Shown piece after piece: positions 25,817 through 37,533 of a stretch of 64,000 nt of DNA. Every line of letters begins with the position of its first letter. The first letter of the stretch is position 1. Origin of the DNA: Okamejei kenojei (taxonomy: Eukaryota); the NCBI GenBank assembly GCA_035221665.1, contig CM069137.1, positions 79,608,001-79,672,000 of the forward strand, written 5' to 3'. A program made the translations under genes and the position numbers. A model generated the notes under the pieces. That model ran no database searches. It was given only the letters and a program-made list of their open reading frames with translations, and was not told the DNA's origin.

Positions 25817-26541
25817 AGACAATAGACAATAGGTGCTGGAGTAGGCCATTCGGCCCTTCAAGCCAGCACCACCATTCAATGTGATCATGGCTGATCATCC
25901 CCAATGATGATACCCCATTCCTGCCTTCTCCCCACATCCCCTGACTCCGTTACTTTTAAGAGCCCTATCTAGCTCTCTCTTGAAAGCATCCAGGGAACCT
26001 GCCTCCACCGTCCAGACTCATCACTCTCTGTGAGAAAAAGTGTTTCCTCGTCTCCGTTCTAAATGGCTTACTCCTTCTTCTTGAACTGTGGCCCCTGGTT
26101 CTGGACTCCCCCAACATCGGGACATGTTTCCTGCCTCTAGTGTGTCCAAGCCCTTAACAATCTTATATGTCTCAATGAGATTCCCTCTCATCCTTCTAAA
26201 CTCCAGAGTGTACAAGCCCAGCTACTCCATTCTCTCAGCATATGACAGTCCCGCCATCCCAGGAATTAACCTACGCTGCACTCCCTCAATAGCAAGAACG
26301 TCCTTCCTCAAATTGGGGGACCAAAACTGCACACAATACTCCAGGTGTGGTCTCACTAGGGCTGTACAACTACAGAAGGACCTCTTTGCTCCTATATTCG
26401 ATTCCTCTTGTTATAAAGGACAACATGCCATTCGCTTTCTTCACTGCCTGCTGTACCGGCATGCTTACTTTCATAGACTAATGTACAAGGACCCCCAGAT
26501 CCTGTTGTACTTCCCCCTTTTCCCAACTTGACGCCATTTAG
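25817..26541 (-). mobile_element. Young CR1 (HER1-like) LINE 3' portion
   Basis: YTLEFRRMRGNLIETYKIVKGLD in ORF 26021..26215 and an (agacaat)n tail; abuts a Penelope fragment at 25720-25815. Confidence 0.9.
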
Positions 26542-26672
26542 ATTTCAGGTTGGGACCCTTTAGTCTGAATGAGTATTTGAGTATTTCAGGATTATGATTC
26601 CTGTTTATATCTAGACTTGGAGCTCTAGAAAGAAAGCTGAGGAAATTAAAGATCACATTATAGGCCCAACTA

Positions 26673-26903
26673 CTGTAAAGCTCTGATAGTCCAGCACTTT
26701 CAGCACATTGGTGGTTCAGGAACAGTTAATGTTCCAGGACGATTAGATGGTATTCCTATTAATCCCACTGTCCACAAAAAAAAAAATTACTAAAGTTTTC
26801 CAATGAATCAGATGAGTTAAAATGCAGGAAACGGTGCACAAATGAACTAGAGCCAAACTGTGATTTTTGCAGAGCTGGATAGGAGATTATCAGAGTTTTA
26901 TTG
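26673..26903. mobile_element. Old TcMar-Tigger/pogo-like MITE
   Basis: TA-flanked imperfect TIRs: ctgtaaagctctgatagtcc versus caataaaactctgataatct (reverse complement of right end). Confidence 0.6.
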
Positions 26904-26959
26904 TATATGGAAATATTAAATTGCAAGTTAGAATTAATAAAAATACATTCTCTGTTGTG

Positions 26960-27780
26960 AATGTGAAGTAACCTGGTGTTTTATTATTCATTATGGAAGA
27001 TACACAAACTTGAAAAATGTAAAACATATAAAAGAGCTTAAGGGCTGCCATCTTATGAGATAAATATTCATACAGTCATAGCGTACAACAGGGTACAATG
27101 ATAGTGTGAAATTCAACAAGCTCTCCACTGAAGTTAGTTTTATAAAAAAAATTATACTATGCTTTATACAAACATCACATTTGTTCTGAGTAATATGCAG
27201 TGGATTGCTAGAATTGTTTTTGGAGATTTTGGCGTTCCTACACAATTTGTAGATATTACAGTGTATTTCAGAGTAATATTGTTTAAAATTAAAGGAAATA
27301 GAACTATTGTAATAAATCCAAATATATGCAACTAATAAACCATTTATTCCATTTACCATCAATGAAGAATGATAGGTACAAATCTTTTCCTGCCTTACCT
27401 GAAATAATTTACACAGAAGGAAGCTAGATCATCTCCAGATTGTGATTATATAATTTTTCCTCCGCATTTCAACAGCTTTCAGTTGTTTTTTTAAAACAGC
27501 TGTACACAAATGATTTTAAAACCCAACCAACATTGTAGTGTAATTATAACAAATGTAGCTGCTATTTAAATGAAACCAGTTTTGCCACTATGCAGTAAAT
27601 CAATCAAGCATATCATAACAACGTAATAAAAACCACTGGTCTACAATGTATGTCTATGAAAAATGATTCAGTTTCATAACTGCTTTTTAGACTAAAGTGA
27701 AACAATTCTACAGTTATTAGTTTGTAAACCTGTACTGTAGAACATGTTAAATTTCAATCTTGCCTCCACTAAATTCCAAC
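26960..27780 (-). other. NCKAP1: NCKAP1 3' UTR with candidate polyadenylation signals
   Basis: Repeat-free AU-rich tract after the stop codon, with minus-strand AATAAA at 27348-27343 and 26985-26980. The true 3' end cannot be determined from sequence. Confidence 0.6.
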
Positions 27781-27897
27781 TTAAGCCGAAGATGTAACAC
27801 TTTGCTTGTAGACAGCGTGGTATGCATTTCGCAGGAGGACATAGGGAAAACAAGATTCCAGCAGATCCATTGTCAGAAAAGGCGACTCTTGAACAAT
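27781..27897 (-). CDS. NCKAP1: NCKAP1 last coding exon ([38 protein letters not shown])
   Basis: ttttctgcag acceptor, 38 codons plus TAA at 27783-27781; matches the NCKAP1 C-terminus as recalled. Confidence 0.97.
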
Positions 27898-28617
27898 CTG
27901 CAGAAAAGTCCACCCACACGTCACTAATTTTATACAGTGGCATTTCAATCACCAACATCAGCCTCACTGTTGCTAAGCTTATGTCATCGTGCAAACAAAC
28001 CACAAAAGCCCCAACAAAAATGCTGCTAGCAGCCCAGCAAGAACACCATAAATATTACACCGAACAATCTTTTAAAAGAAAAAGGGGTCTGTAAATGCGA
28101 AGTTAAAACAAACACAGTGGCTCATTTCTCAAAGCATGTCAAGCTAGATGTCTGCAGATGAGCTCATGACATAAAACATGACTGCTGAGTGCAAGCAATT
28201 ACCCTGGTTAGAGTTTGCCTGAATCTAAATCTATTTTGTAACACTGTTCTAATTGTTTGCTACTAGGTCTGCAGAACCAGGATAAAGACTAGGTTAAAAT
28301 AAAATCTAGATTGAATTATTGTACTGCTTAGATAGAATACGATTACAATCACAAATAATATACGAGGGTACTATTTGGCAATGAGCAACAGGCCACTGCA
28401 GAGTTGTACAGATGATGCCAAGTTACCTCTAAAATACTAGGGGATTGATGAGAGGCTACATTCGCATCTTACTGGCACATAAGTTTGGGTAAAATGTTTT
28501 TAACTATATGCTTGGCACAGGTAGAAGGGAAAATCTATTTCTATTTCTTAATGATTCTAAATTTCTAGGACATGACTGCATACAATTTAACTGTAAGCAA
28601 TGTAACTTAATACTTAC

Positions 28618-28707
28618 CATGTCAAGCAGAAGGTAAACAGATTCTCTGTTTCTGGTAGTGGTCTTGTCGGTCTCCTGTCCGATTTTTAACAAACTGGAAG
28701 ATGCGAG
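28618..28707 (-). CDS. NCKAP1: NCKAP1 penultimate coding exon ([30 protein letters not shown])
   Basis: 90 nt with ccctag acceptor and gtaagt donor, phase 0 to 0; visible in ORF 28504..28692. Confidence 0.97.
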
Positions 28708-28832
28708 CTAGGGCAAAAGTTTTGTTAACATTAGTTGTGTTTTTAAACAGTCTGACCAACTATAGGTACTATGGTTGTTTGCAAAAATCCTATTAAATAA
28801 ATTGTAGAAATTCAGACATCAAGTCAAAGTTA

Positions 28833-29080
28833 CATAGAACAGCACAGCACAGGAACAGGCCCTTCAGCCCCCAATGTCTGTGCCAAGTATGTTGCCATGA
28901 TTAACTAATCTACTTTGCCTGCACGTAATCCATATTCCTTCATTCCCTGCATATTCATGTGTATCCAAAAGCCTCAAATGCCATTGTCCTATATGCCTCC
29001 ACTACCATCCCTGACAGCATGTTCCAGGCACCTGCCACCGTCCCTGTAAAAAAAAAATTGGCTTGCACATCTCACTTAAA
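28833..29080 (-). mobile_element. CR1 LINE 3' end
   Basis: catagaacagcacagcacaggaacaggcccttcagccc...gttccaggcacc. Confidence 0.7.
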
Positions 29081-30079
29081 CCTCGAGAAAAATAGTTGAC
29101 TTTGGCTTCATATCTTCTGATACCAATGACCAGTAGCAGGATTTCGTAAATACAGATTAGAAAAACAAAAAAACAAGCTAAAAGGGAACAGTTTTTTATG
29201 TGTACAAAGCGAGGTGATAAACCAAGTACTGAAGTCACTTTCTCAAATGCATTTGTGCTCAACTTCAGTATGTCATAGAGCTGACAAGATAACAAGACAT
29301 TGCAGAGTTAGTAATAAATAACAAAGTAGATTTAGTTAAAAGTTGGATGGTAAAATAATATTGTGTAAACAGCAAAATTTCATGATACATCCAACGAATA
29401 AAGGATGAGGCTTCAATGCAAAAAAAGTGAATACCCAGAAGATGGGATTGGTTTAAATTGGCTCATGGTTGGCATGAAGATCATGGGTCACAGAACGTGT
29501 TTGAGCTGTACTGTGACTGGGAGAGCTATTAAAATACAACAAAGCATTAGAAATGCACAGCAAACAAAAATTGCAGGGAATTGACATTGAGATTGGGTAA
29601 TAAATGTGAGATTGGGTAATAAATTGAATTCTGGGCTAATTAAAAGGACAAACTATGAAGACAATAAACTGTAGATGCTGAAATTCTGAACAAACATTTT
29701 TTTTTTCAGATTTCCAACATTGCAGATTTTTTTATTTCCAAAGTAAGCACTTCAAATTTGTTTTCAGTGCAGTAACAAACAGATATAATGCAAATTAAAA
29801 GTTGGTAATGGATATAAACAAGATCCATGATATAAAACCTCCAGGAGTAAATAGCTTCCAGCCATAAGTAACTAAAATAAACTGAATGTGGAGAAGGCAG
29901 ATGCACTGGTAATAATTTTCCAAGCCTCTCTAAATTAATGTACTATATCTTTGAGCTGGTAAATATGGAGAATTGAAGAAACAAGGTCACTAAAGATCTG
30001 TGAGCTAAATCTTTATTTATGGAAATTACTGGTAAATGTCACCTTGATTCAATATTTAGACAAGCATAACATGACACAA

Positions 30080-31100
30080 AAGTTTAAGGTGGATATCTGT
30101 GACTTGTTTTGAGGGAAATGCGATCTTGACTAAGGCAGGACTTCCTGAAATCCCCACCCAAGAAGTAAGTCTCACGCCAATTTAATTTGCTCCACGTATA
30201 ATCAAGAAACATTAGAGAGCACCAGTTACAGCAAAGGCTGTGGGACCAGAAAACACCCAGTTCTAGCACAGAAGACCTACACTCCAGAACCACTTGCACC
30301 TCTATCCTAGTTGTTCCAGTACACAACTATAATACTGGCATCTAGTCAAAGTGGAAAATTATACAGCTATGCCCTGTTTATAAAACGCAGAACCAATCTA
30401 TTAATTTAATTATCATCAGTCAGTCTATCTCACAGATCAACAGGGCAATGGAAGCCACCGTCAACAGTCTCAGCAAACAGCATTAATGCATGCCCTGTGG
30501 GCGTTTCAGCTGGACCATTTAGTTCCAGATCATATCACAGCCTTGGTGCAAAGAGTTCCAGAGGTGAGGCACTATACGATGAAGTGTATTATCAAGCTGT
30601 CCTGAAAACATTGAAGATTGGACATAGGAAATTGTCCACAGTAACTCCTTCAATGAGATCTATGTACTATGATCACCACTGAGCAGAAACTCAGGAACAT
30701 TCACAAAAATAATGTGGCTACGATAGCAGCCCAGTGTTCGCCATTCTGCAGTGAATAACCCACCTCCTGACAACCTAAGGAACTATGATGGCATATTCTA
30801 TCCAACCTGGTTGAGTAAAGCACCAATAAGTCTCAAAGTACAATTCCATGCTGGGCAATGCAGTCCAATTGACTGGCACCTCATCAATAACCTCTTTAGC
30901 ACAATAACTGCAGTGGGTACAACCTACAAAAAGTTTATTGCCCAGATTGCACACTGCACCTTCCAAATCTTTGACTATTACCAAAGGCAGAAGATACATT
31001 GGAGCACTACCATCTCCAGGTTCCTAATCAAGTCACGTAGGAGACAGACATAGAAAGAAATTACCAGTTCCGGAACTCCTTAACAGACTGTGGGAATATT
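30080..31100 (+). mobile_element. Very old CR1-superfamily LINE remnant (related pieces at about 18000-19250 plus and 53560-54200 minus)
   Basis: Only degenerate ORF2-like words remain; family assignment is weak. Confidence 0.35.
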
Positions 31101-32175
31101 TTTATCAGAGGCAACCGTGCTCAAAGGAGGCAACACAGCACACCAAGGGCAATTAGCAACATGCATAAATGCTGCCAGGAATACCCTGGCAGAAATGGAA
31201 CTTCCACAATGATTTTCAAGCGAAAGGCACTGATAACAGGGAAAAATAGCAAAGAATTAGGAAGCATTTGAAAGTGGGAAGGGGAAGAAACAGGAGCTAG
31301 AAAATGGACAGTACAGCTATTTGGCAGCATTTTATATATACTTCAACTCAATCTAGAAGTAGATGATATGAAATAAGCACATATATTGAAGACATTAACT
31401 ATTATTGAAATGTAATCAGAGGACAGGAATGGGCAGCTCAACAAATTTGGCTCGGAATTTCCGAATCAGTTTGGGATTAAAAAATGTTTACAAACCAATT
31501 GCAACTGCGAAGAAGAACATGCCGCTGTAAGGATAAACAAATTAGGTCACATGGGTTCAACTGAGAATAGATGCACCGCCAGCAAAATGACACTGGAGAT
31601 AGTAGTGTGTTGAGGGAGGAGAGAGCGAGAGTTCAGAATAAACATATTCTTGGGACTGGGTGGGGAATTAAGCAAAAAAGGAATACATTTTAAAAGGAGT
31701 TAGAAAAACTCTGGATGACATAAAAAGTTAAATCATGGAAGCCACAAAGATGTTTTCTAATTATTTACCTGGCTCTTAATATAAGGGAAGAATATGGCCA
31801 ATCAGAGGCAAAATGTGTGCAGATAAATCTGGGTCAGATTCCCAATAAATTCTTTGCACCTGCATTCCAAGCACTGGCAAACAATTCTCACCATAGTTAA
31901 GGCACTGGGTGATATATTTTAATAGAATATGAAGTAGAAGAAATAAGTAATTTTGCAAGTATACACCATATACTGCAGGTTATTAAGAGAAACAAGGCAA
32001 GAAAGAGTGGATGAGAGTGAATGGCAGTGCTGGCTAACACTTCTCAATCATCACTGGCTGAAGGTGGGATTGTTCAAAAAGAAAGACAAGGTTCGGCGAA
32101 ATAATTACTGCCCAATCAATCTCATGACTGATGAGTGAATTATTGGAGAAAATACCTTGAGGCCATTTTGGTCTT

Positions 32176-32358
32176 CATCAGGAGAGGAGGTCGATGGGGA
32201 GGAGCGAATGCCACCTGAACACAAGTCGAGGTCCGATCAACCACGGCTGGGTCGCCTGGGTGAGGGTGTCTGATGTTGAAAGACCCGAAACACCCGGTGA
32301 CCCTAGGTTACATCACTGATTATGTGTTCAGGAGCATCAATAGATGTATTTTTTATCA
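32176..32358 (+). mobile_element. R2-superfamily Hero-like LINE, extreme 3' end
   Basis: ORF tail IRRGGRWGGANAT* (stop 32216-32218), then gatcaaccacggctgggtcgcctgggtgagggtgtctgatgttgaaagacccgaaacaccc..., which matches my recollection of fish Hero 3' UTRs. Confidence 0.65.
32264..32328 (+). ncRNA. Candidate non-circularly permuted (pseudoknotted) hammerhead ribozyme, G8->U variant
   Basis: GGGTGTC^TGATGT ... GACCC-GAAA-CACCC ... ACATCA-CTGATTA-TGTGTT. Stems I and III are 6/6 bp, stem II 4/5. Confidence 0.55.
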
Positions 32359-33161
32359 AATAGGCATGCATTAAAAATGGTGGTCAGTATATTTTGCAAA
32401 GGTCATATCTGTTTTAGTTTGTGATATTTTCTATGATTTATGAAGATAGTACATTCAAAAGTTTCTAATGGATTTTATAAACACTTTTGATAAGGAGCCG
32501 GGTGGCAGACCAGTAAAGTAAAAAAGAAAACGCCTATGAGCCTAATTTGGCTCAGTAACTGGAGCAAAATTTACAGTAGTTTAAGAGTTCAGTGCTATAT
32601 CCTTTTCATTATTGTGGTATATACACATTTAGGGACCACGTTTAAGAGGCTTATGGCTGATACAGATGCGGGATACAATTGATACCAAGTATGAAAATTA
32701 AAGATCATAAGATGTCAATAGTTGGTGGCAAGTGGAATTCACTCTGGATAACCATGAGCAGTTGTATTTAGGGTGGTCAATCACAGGAAGTGAACACAAA
32801 CTAAATGGTAGTGTACTGTAGGGAACAGAGGACAATAAGGCAGATAGATCAGGTGACTGATTCAGCATATGGCCAACAACATGAGCAGTTTTCAGCAACT
32901 CCAATAAACAATTAGGTCAGCTACATTACTATATAGTTCCGGTCACCAGATATACAGGTGCTAGATGGGATGGGCACAGGAAACTAACATAGACATTTAC
33001 CTGGATGGAAATATTTTAGTAAACTGGATAAGTTGGAGTCATTTTCCTCAAAAAAGATACAGTCGAGGAGGATATAATTGAGGTGTATAAAGCAGAGGAG
33101 CATATATACATTAGACCTAATTCCGTTAGCGGACCCAGTAACCAGGCTCATAGGTTTACAG

Positions 33162-33954
33162 CAGGCACGTGCCGTGAGTAATCAGCCAGGGTAGGCAGTG
33201 GCTTTTAAAAATCTTGAAAACCGCGCATGGCAGATTATTCTCTCCCCGGTGAGCTGTCAGTCGGCATTGTTTTAATCTTGAAAACCGCGCATGCGCACAC
33301 TGTTCCCTCACCGGTAAACTGTCATACGGCTATTTTTAAATCGTGGAAACCGCGCATGCGCAGATTGTTCTCTCGACTTTTATCATGTAATTTGTTTTCA
33401 ATAGGTCCTATCTCTTAATAAAGTATTTAAAAATATATAGCTCAAAAAAAATTACTTACCATATTATTTGTGCACAAAATCCATTCTGCAGCAAAAATAT
33501 CCATAAAGTTGCTTCGTGAAACGCTTCAGGTAATCACTATCCACCGTTGAAAAGCCCGCTAAGAAACTTGCGCATGCGCATGCGCAGTAGGCTGGTGCGC
33601 GTGCGCAGTGCGCAACGCAGCACATGCACGCAGTTCACAGTGTAAAGGCAGAGTTTCAGCTGCCTTTACGGACCGTTCCCACTGATGGCTTGAAGCAGCG
33701 TCGACGGCACGTGAGTAGCACATACTTCCGCGTTTAAAACGTACTGCTGATGAAAGGCACGGGAGAATTATGCCTCCCCTAGGGATTGATCCCTTAGGGA
33801 GGCATAATTCTCCCGTGACTTTACTATTTATGACCATTTTATATATGTTTTATATATATTTTATATATATATTTATATATAAAATAATTACTATTTTATA
33901 ATTTTAGTCAGGGTAGGCACTGCCTACCTTGCCTACCCTGATGGCACGTGCCTG
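33162..33954. mobile_element. Non-autonomous hAT DNA transposon
   Basis: 14-bp TIR caggcacgtgccgt / atggcacgtgcctg and perfect 8-bp TSD gtttacag at 33154-33161 and 33955-33962. Confidence 0.92.
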
Positions 33955-35694
33955 GTTTACAGTAACTTTTGAAAGTAGAGGGAAATTATAATTTCACCCA
34001 GACGGCATTTAGGATCTGGAGCACAAAACCCAAAAGAATGGTGAATGCAGAAATCCCCATGTCATATCCTATTCAGCAATGGACGGAGTTATAAAGTTGG
34101 AAATAGGGTGAGGCTCGGTAGCTGTTTTTTGACCAGCACATATAGTGCTCCAAATTGCCTAGTTTCATGCCTTTAACTTCCGTTTGTCTAGGCATTAAAT
34201 GTTGGCTACTTCTAGGTCACTAGCATGATGGAGGAAGAAGCATGCAGGAAGCCTGTCTATATAAACAGCCAAAACTTTGATAAGGGATTATTAGCAAAAA
34301 TTACATGGGTGGGAGGTAGGAGATAGTAGGCAACATCCTCAGATTGGCAGGATGTGCAGCTCCCCAGAGATCTGGTCTGGCGCCTCAGCAATTGCTGAGA
34401 AATAAAACATTATTCCATCAGCCAATTTTCCAATGAAACCAAATAGGAAGGTACAGCAAGTTAGGTGGATGCAAAGAGGAAGTTACAAAGAGACATGAGC
34501 AGAATAAATGGCCAAAACCAGAGCATTTAATGAGAAAGATATATTCTGAATTAGAGATGTAATATTTTCAGAAAAGTGCATGAACAAAGCAATTTCAACT
34601 AGCGGGGTACATGTCACAAAAAAGTAGCACAAGGGCAAATAGAAACAGGTTTTTATCTCAATGAAGCTGTAAGCAGAAGCGATAAGGTTTTAAAAACAAA
34701 ACCAGCCATTCAAGAGAAAAAAAGTCAGTAATGTATGAGGTAGTGGAAATTTGTAACTTTCCTCTAAATGACTAAATCAATTGAATTTATGACTGAGTTT
34801 GATAGATTTGTAGGAGGTATCAAGTGATAAGTAGAAAAAGCAAGGAAGTAGGAGGCACCGTCCAGCCATGATAGAGTTGAATGGTAAACAGGCTTGAGGG
34901 CTAATTGGTCTGGTTGTGTTGCAAATGAGTAACAGATCTCTCTTCCACTTTCTGGTACTAAATAAAAGCAGTTAAGAATAATGTTTGAAATAGCAATTGG
35001 AAAAAAATTATTCTTCAAATTGCACGCACCTCCAAGGATTTCTTGGATGCTGGGGTAGTAAGTTTTTTTTTCTTTCAAATATTTGAAAGCAATTTTACAA
35101 ATTTGAATTCCCTGCACAGGGCTTTGCATGCCTGGAGCTCATATCAGAAACTGGGCCGAGGTCACCACAGTCACAACACTGCCCATTAACTTTAATGGGC
35201 GGAAAATCCTGCGGCATGCGGATTGCGCATGAATTCCTGATGTGCAATCCCAAAGCCCAAATTTTTGCTTCAGGACTGTAAATTCATTAAATTGACTTAT
35301 TTCTGCATCATTGTTTGAAAAATAAGGGTCCGACAATACTACTTATTTCCCTCCCAAAATCGAATGTTACTTTAAAAAAAAGTTAGTTTCAGAAATTTAA
35401 TGTGTAACCTTCCCTCAATCTCTTCTCTGAATTTTATAATATTCAACTTTTCATTGTCAAACTGAAAAGTCTATATTCCCAAATGACCAGTTTGCAACTT
35501 TGGCTAAAACAAAGTTACCCAATTTCAAAATTATACATGTTCGTAGCAGATGAATGTAAATATTTTAAATGTACACCACAATTCTGTTCACTACCAGTCC
35601 TTTCTTTCAGAATTTAAGTCTTTCTGTTAAAAACATCAACTTTACTTACCTCTCAATAATCACAAACTTAGTTTTCCAGAAAAAGCTTCATTGG

Positions 35695-36822
35695 GTTAGT
35701 TAAAACAAATGTTGGTCCCTTGCAGTCAGAAACTAGTGAATTGATCATGGGGAACAAGGACATGGCAGGCCAATTGAATAACTACTTTGGTTCTTCTTTC
35801 GGGGGGGATACGACCTTTTCTTGTCGTGTCCCCTGTCTCCATCTGCGTTGAGGCCTAATGGCGGAGCTGACGGCCTCGGGGCTGTGGCGGCAGTTCCAGC
35901 AGCGGCAGTGGTCTGACTGGCCCGACCTGGCAGCAGCAGCGGCCCGACTTGGAGCTGTGGCGGTGTTCCGGTAGCAGCAGCGGCCCGACTTGGAGCTGTG
36001 GCCTGACTTTGGAGCTGTGGCGGTGTTCTGGCGTTTCTGCGGCGGTGGCAGCGCGGCTTCAGAGGCCCGGCCGCGGGCCCAGTGGGCGACATCGTCGGGA
36101 GCTCGCAGGTCGCAGGTTGGTGACCTGTTTTTCTGGAGCTCCCGCAACAACACCTGCGTCCGCTGGACTGGAGGGCGGCAGCTTCGGCAGCTTTGACCAC
36201 CCCGGGCCGCGGAGTTGAACCAGCCCGTTCGCGGAGCTGGATTCAGCCGCGGGACTGACTCGCTTACCAACACCCGGCGGGGTCGCAACATCGGAGGCCT
36301 GGATCGCCTCAGCGCAGAGGGAGAACAAGGAGGGAAGAGACAAAGACTAAGACTTTTGCCTTCCATCACAGTGAGGAGGTGTTTGGTGAACTCACTGTGG
36401 TGGATGTTAAATTTGTGTTTATTGTGTGTTTTTGTTACTTTTATTATATGTATGACTGCAGGCACGAAATTTCGTTCAGACTGAAAGGTCTGAATGACAA
36501 TAAAGGTAATCTAATCTAATAATCTAATCTAATCTAATCTTCTGTCTTCACTAAGGAAGCCATAAATAATCTGCCGGAAATAGCAGGGGACCGGGGGTCA
36601 AATGGAATCGAGGAACTGAGTGAAATCCAGGTTAGCCGGGAAGTGGTGTTAGGTAAATTGAATGGATTAAAGGCCGATAAATCCCCAGGACCAGATAGAC
36701 TGCATCCCAGAGAAAAGGCAGGTACAGGACACTGAGTTGGATGATCAGCCATGATCATATTGAATGCTGGTGCAGGCTCGAAGGACCGAATGGCCTACTC
36801 CTGCACCTATTTTCTATGTTTC
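35695..36822 (+). mobile_element. Internally deleted CR1 (same subfamily as 3257-4760), interrupted by a GC-rich retroposon
   Basis: 35695-35792 and 36541-36711 align collinearly with about 3435-3693; the sequence then jumps directly to the CR1 3' tail (36712-36822). Confidence 0.85.
35793..36540 (+). mobile_element. GC-rich non-autonomous retroposon with 5' minisatellite, central hairpin, 3' stem-loop, AATAAA and (CTAAT)n tail
   Basis: About 39-bp tandem units (gcagcagcggcccgacttggagctgtggcggtgttc); short ttct duplication at the ends; core shared with 53245-53560. Confidence 0.75.
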
Positions 36823-37533
36823 ATGTTGTATTTCTGAACTTGGGGTTCTCGCTGTAATATATATACTGCAAGAATTCCAATCCACGCAGCGTAAAGCAGC
36901 TATCTAGCCTATTATGCCCATGTCCACACTATGTAAAGGTACATGATCCACTCCTCTACTCTTTCCCTAGAATTATACAAATCCCTACCTTTCAAATATT
37001 TATGCAATTACCTTTTGGGAGCTATTGAACACGTTTCCTCCACTTCAAGGCATTGCCTTCCACATCACTTGCCATGCATTTAATTCCCTCTTTTATTTAG
37101 TTTTGTTTATTATTGTCACGTGGACCGAGATAGTGATAAGCTTGCTGTGTGCGCTACCCAGTCAAATCAAACTGTAATGGCAATTTCAAACTTTTCCAAT
37201 GTCCAATTTTCCATTGCCATTACTACACGGATAAGTGGGAGTGATCTTATATCAGATGATAAGAACTGCTCTTCCAGTCTTTATTTCCAGCTTAATTGGT
37301 TCTTTATTGAAGTAGTTGTACAGACAAAAAGATGAACATACCAGATCCTCTTTATTCTTGTACAAATTGTAGCTTTCCGTTCTTACTATCTGGTGAGAAC
37401 TGTGTTCTCTCCAACTCCCATGGCTCGTCTGATCTGGCCACTCCCTCTCCAACTATGATATATGTAACGCCCATTTATGTTTCAAATACCCGCCCCCAAG
37501 CATTCAAAATAATACTGCTAGAAATATCTAGAC

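Larger units (their letters stand above)
31950..34930 (+). mobile_element. Ancient CR1 remnants hosting the Hero fragment and the hAT element
   Basis: LFKKKDK..NNYCPINL (degenerate KKG..NYRPISL), RGDIIEVYK-like words and a CR1-like 3' end. Confidence 0.5.

Noticed and set aside
27760-27783. Stop-codon readthrough of NCKAP1
   Set aside because: The stop is TAA without a readthrough context, and an in-frame TAG follows three codons later.
29588-29626. Tandem duplication of tgagattgggtaataaat
   Set aside because: A simple two-copy slippage duplication with no further structure.
33745-33830. CTGATGA followed by a long hairpin as a hammerhead
   Set aside because: There is no GAAA after the stem and no stem I or III partner.
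35745-36484. 227-aa and 151-aa low-complexity ORFs, and a possible CRISPR-like repeat array
   Set aside because: They arise from a GC-rich tandem minisatellite inside a retroposon. Units are contiguous without unique spacers, there are no cas genes, and the context is eukaryotic.
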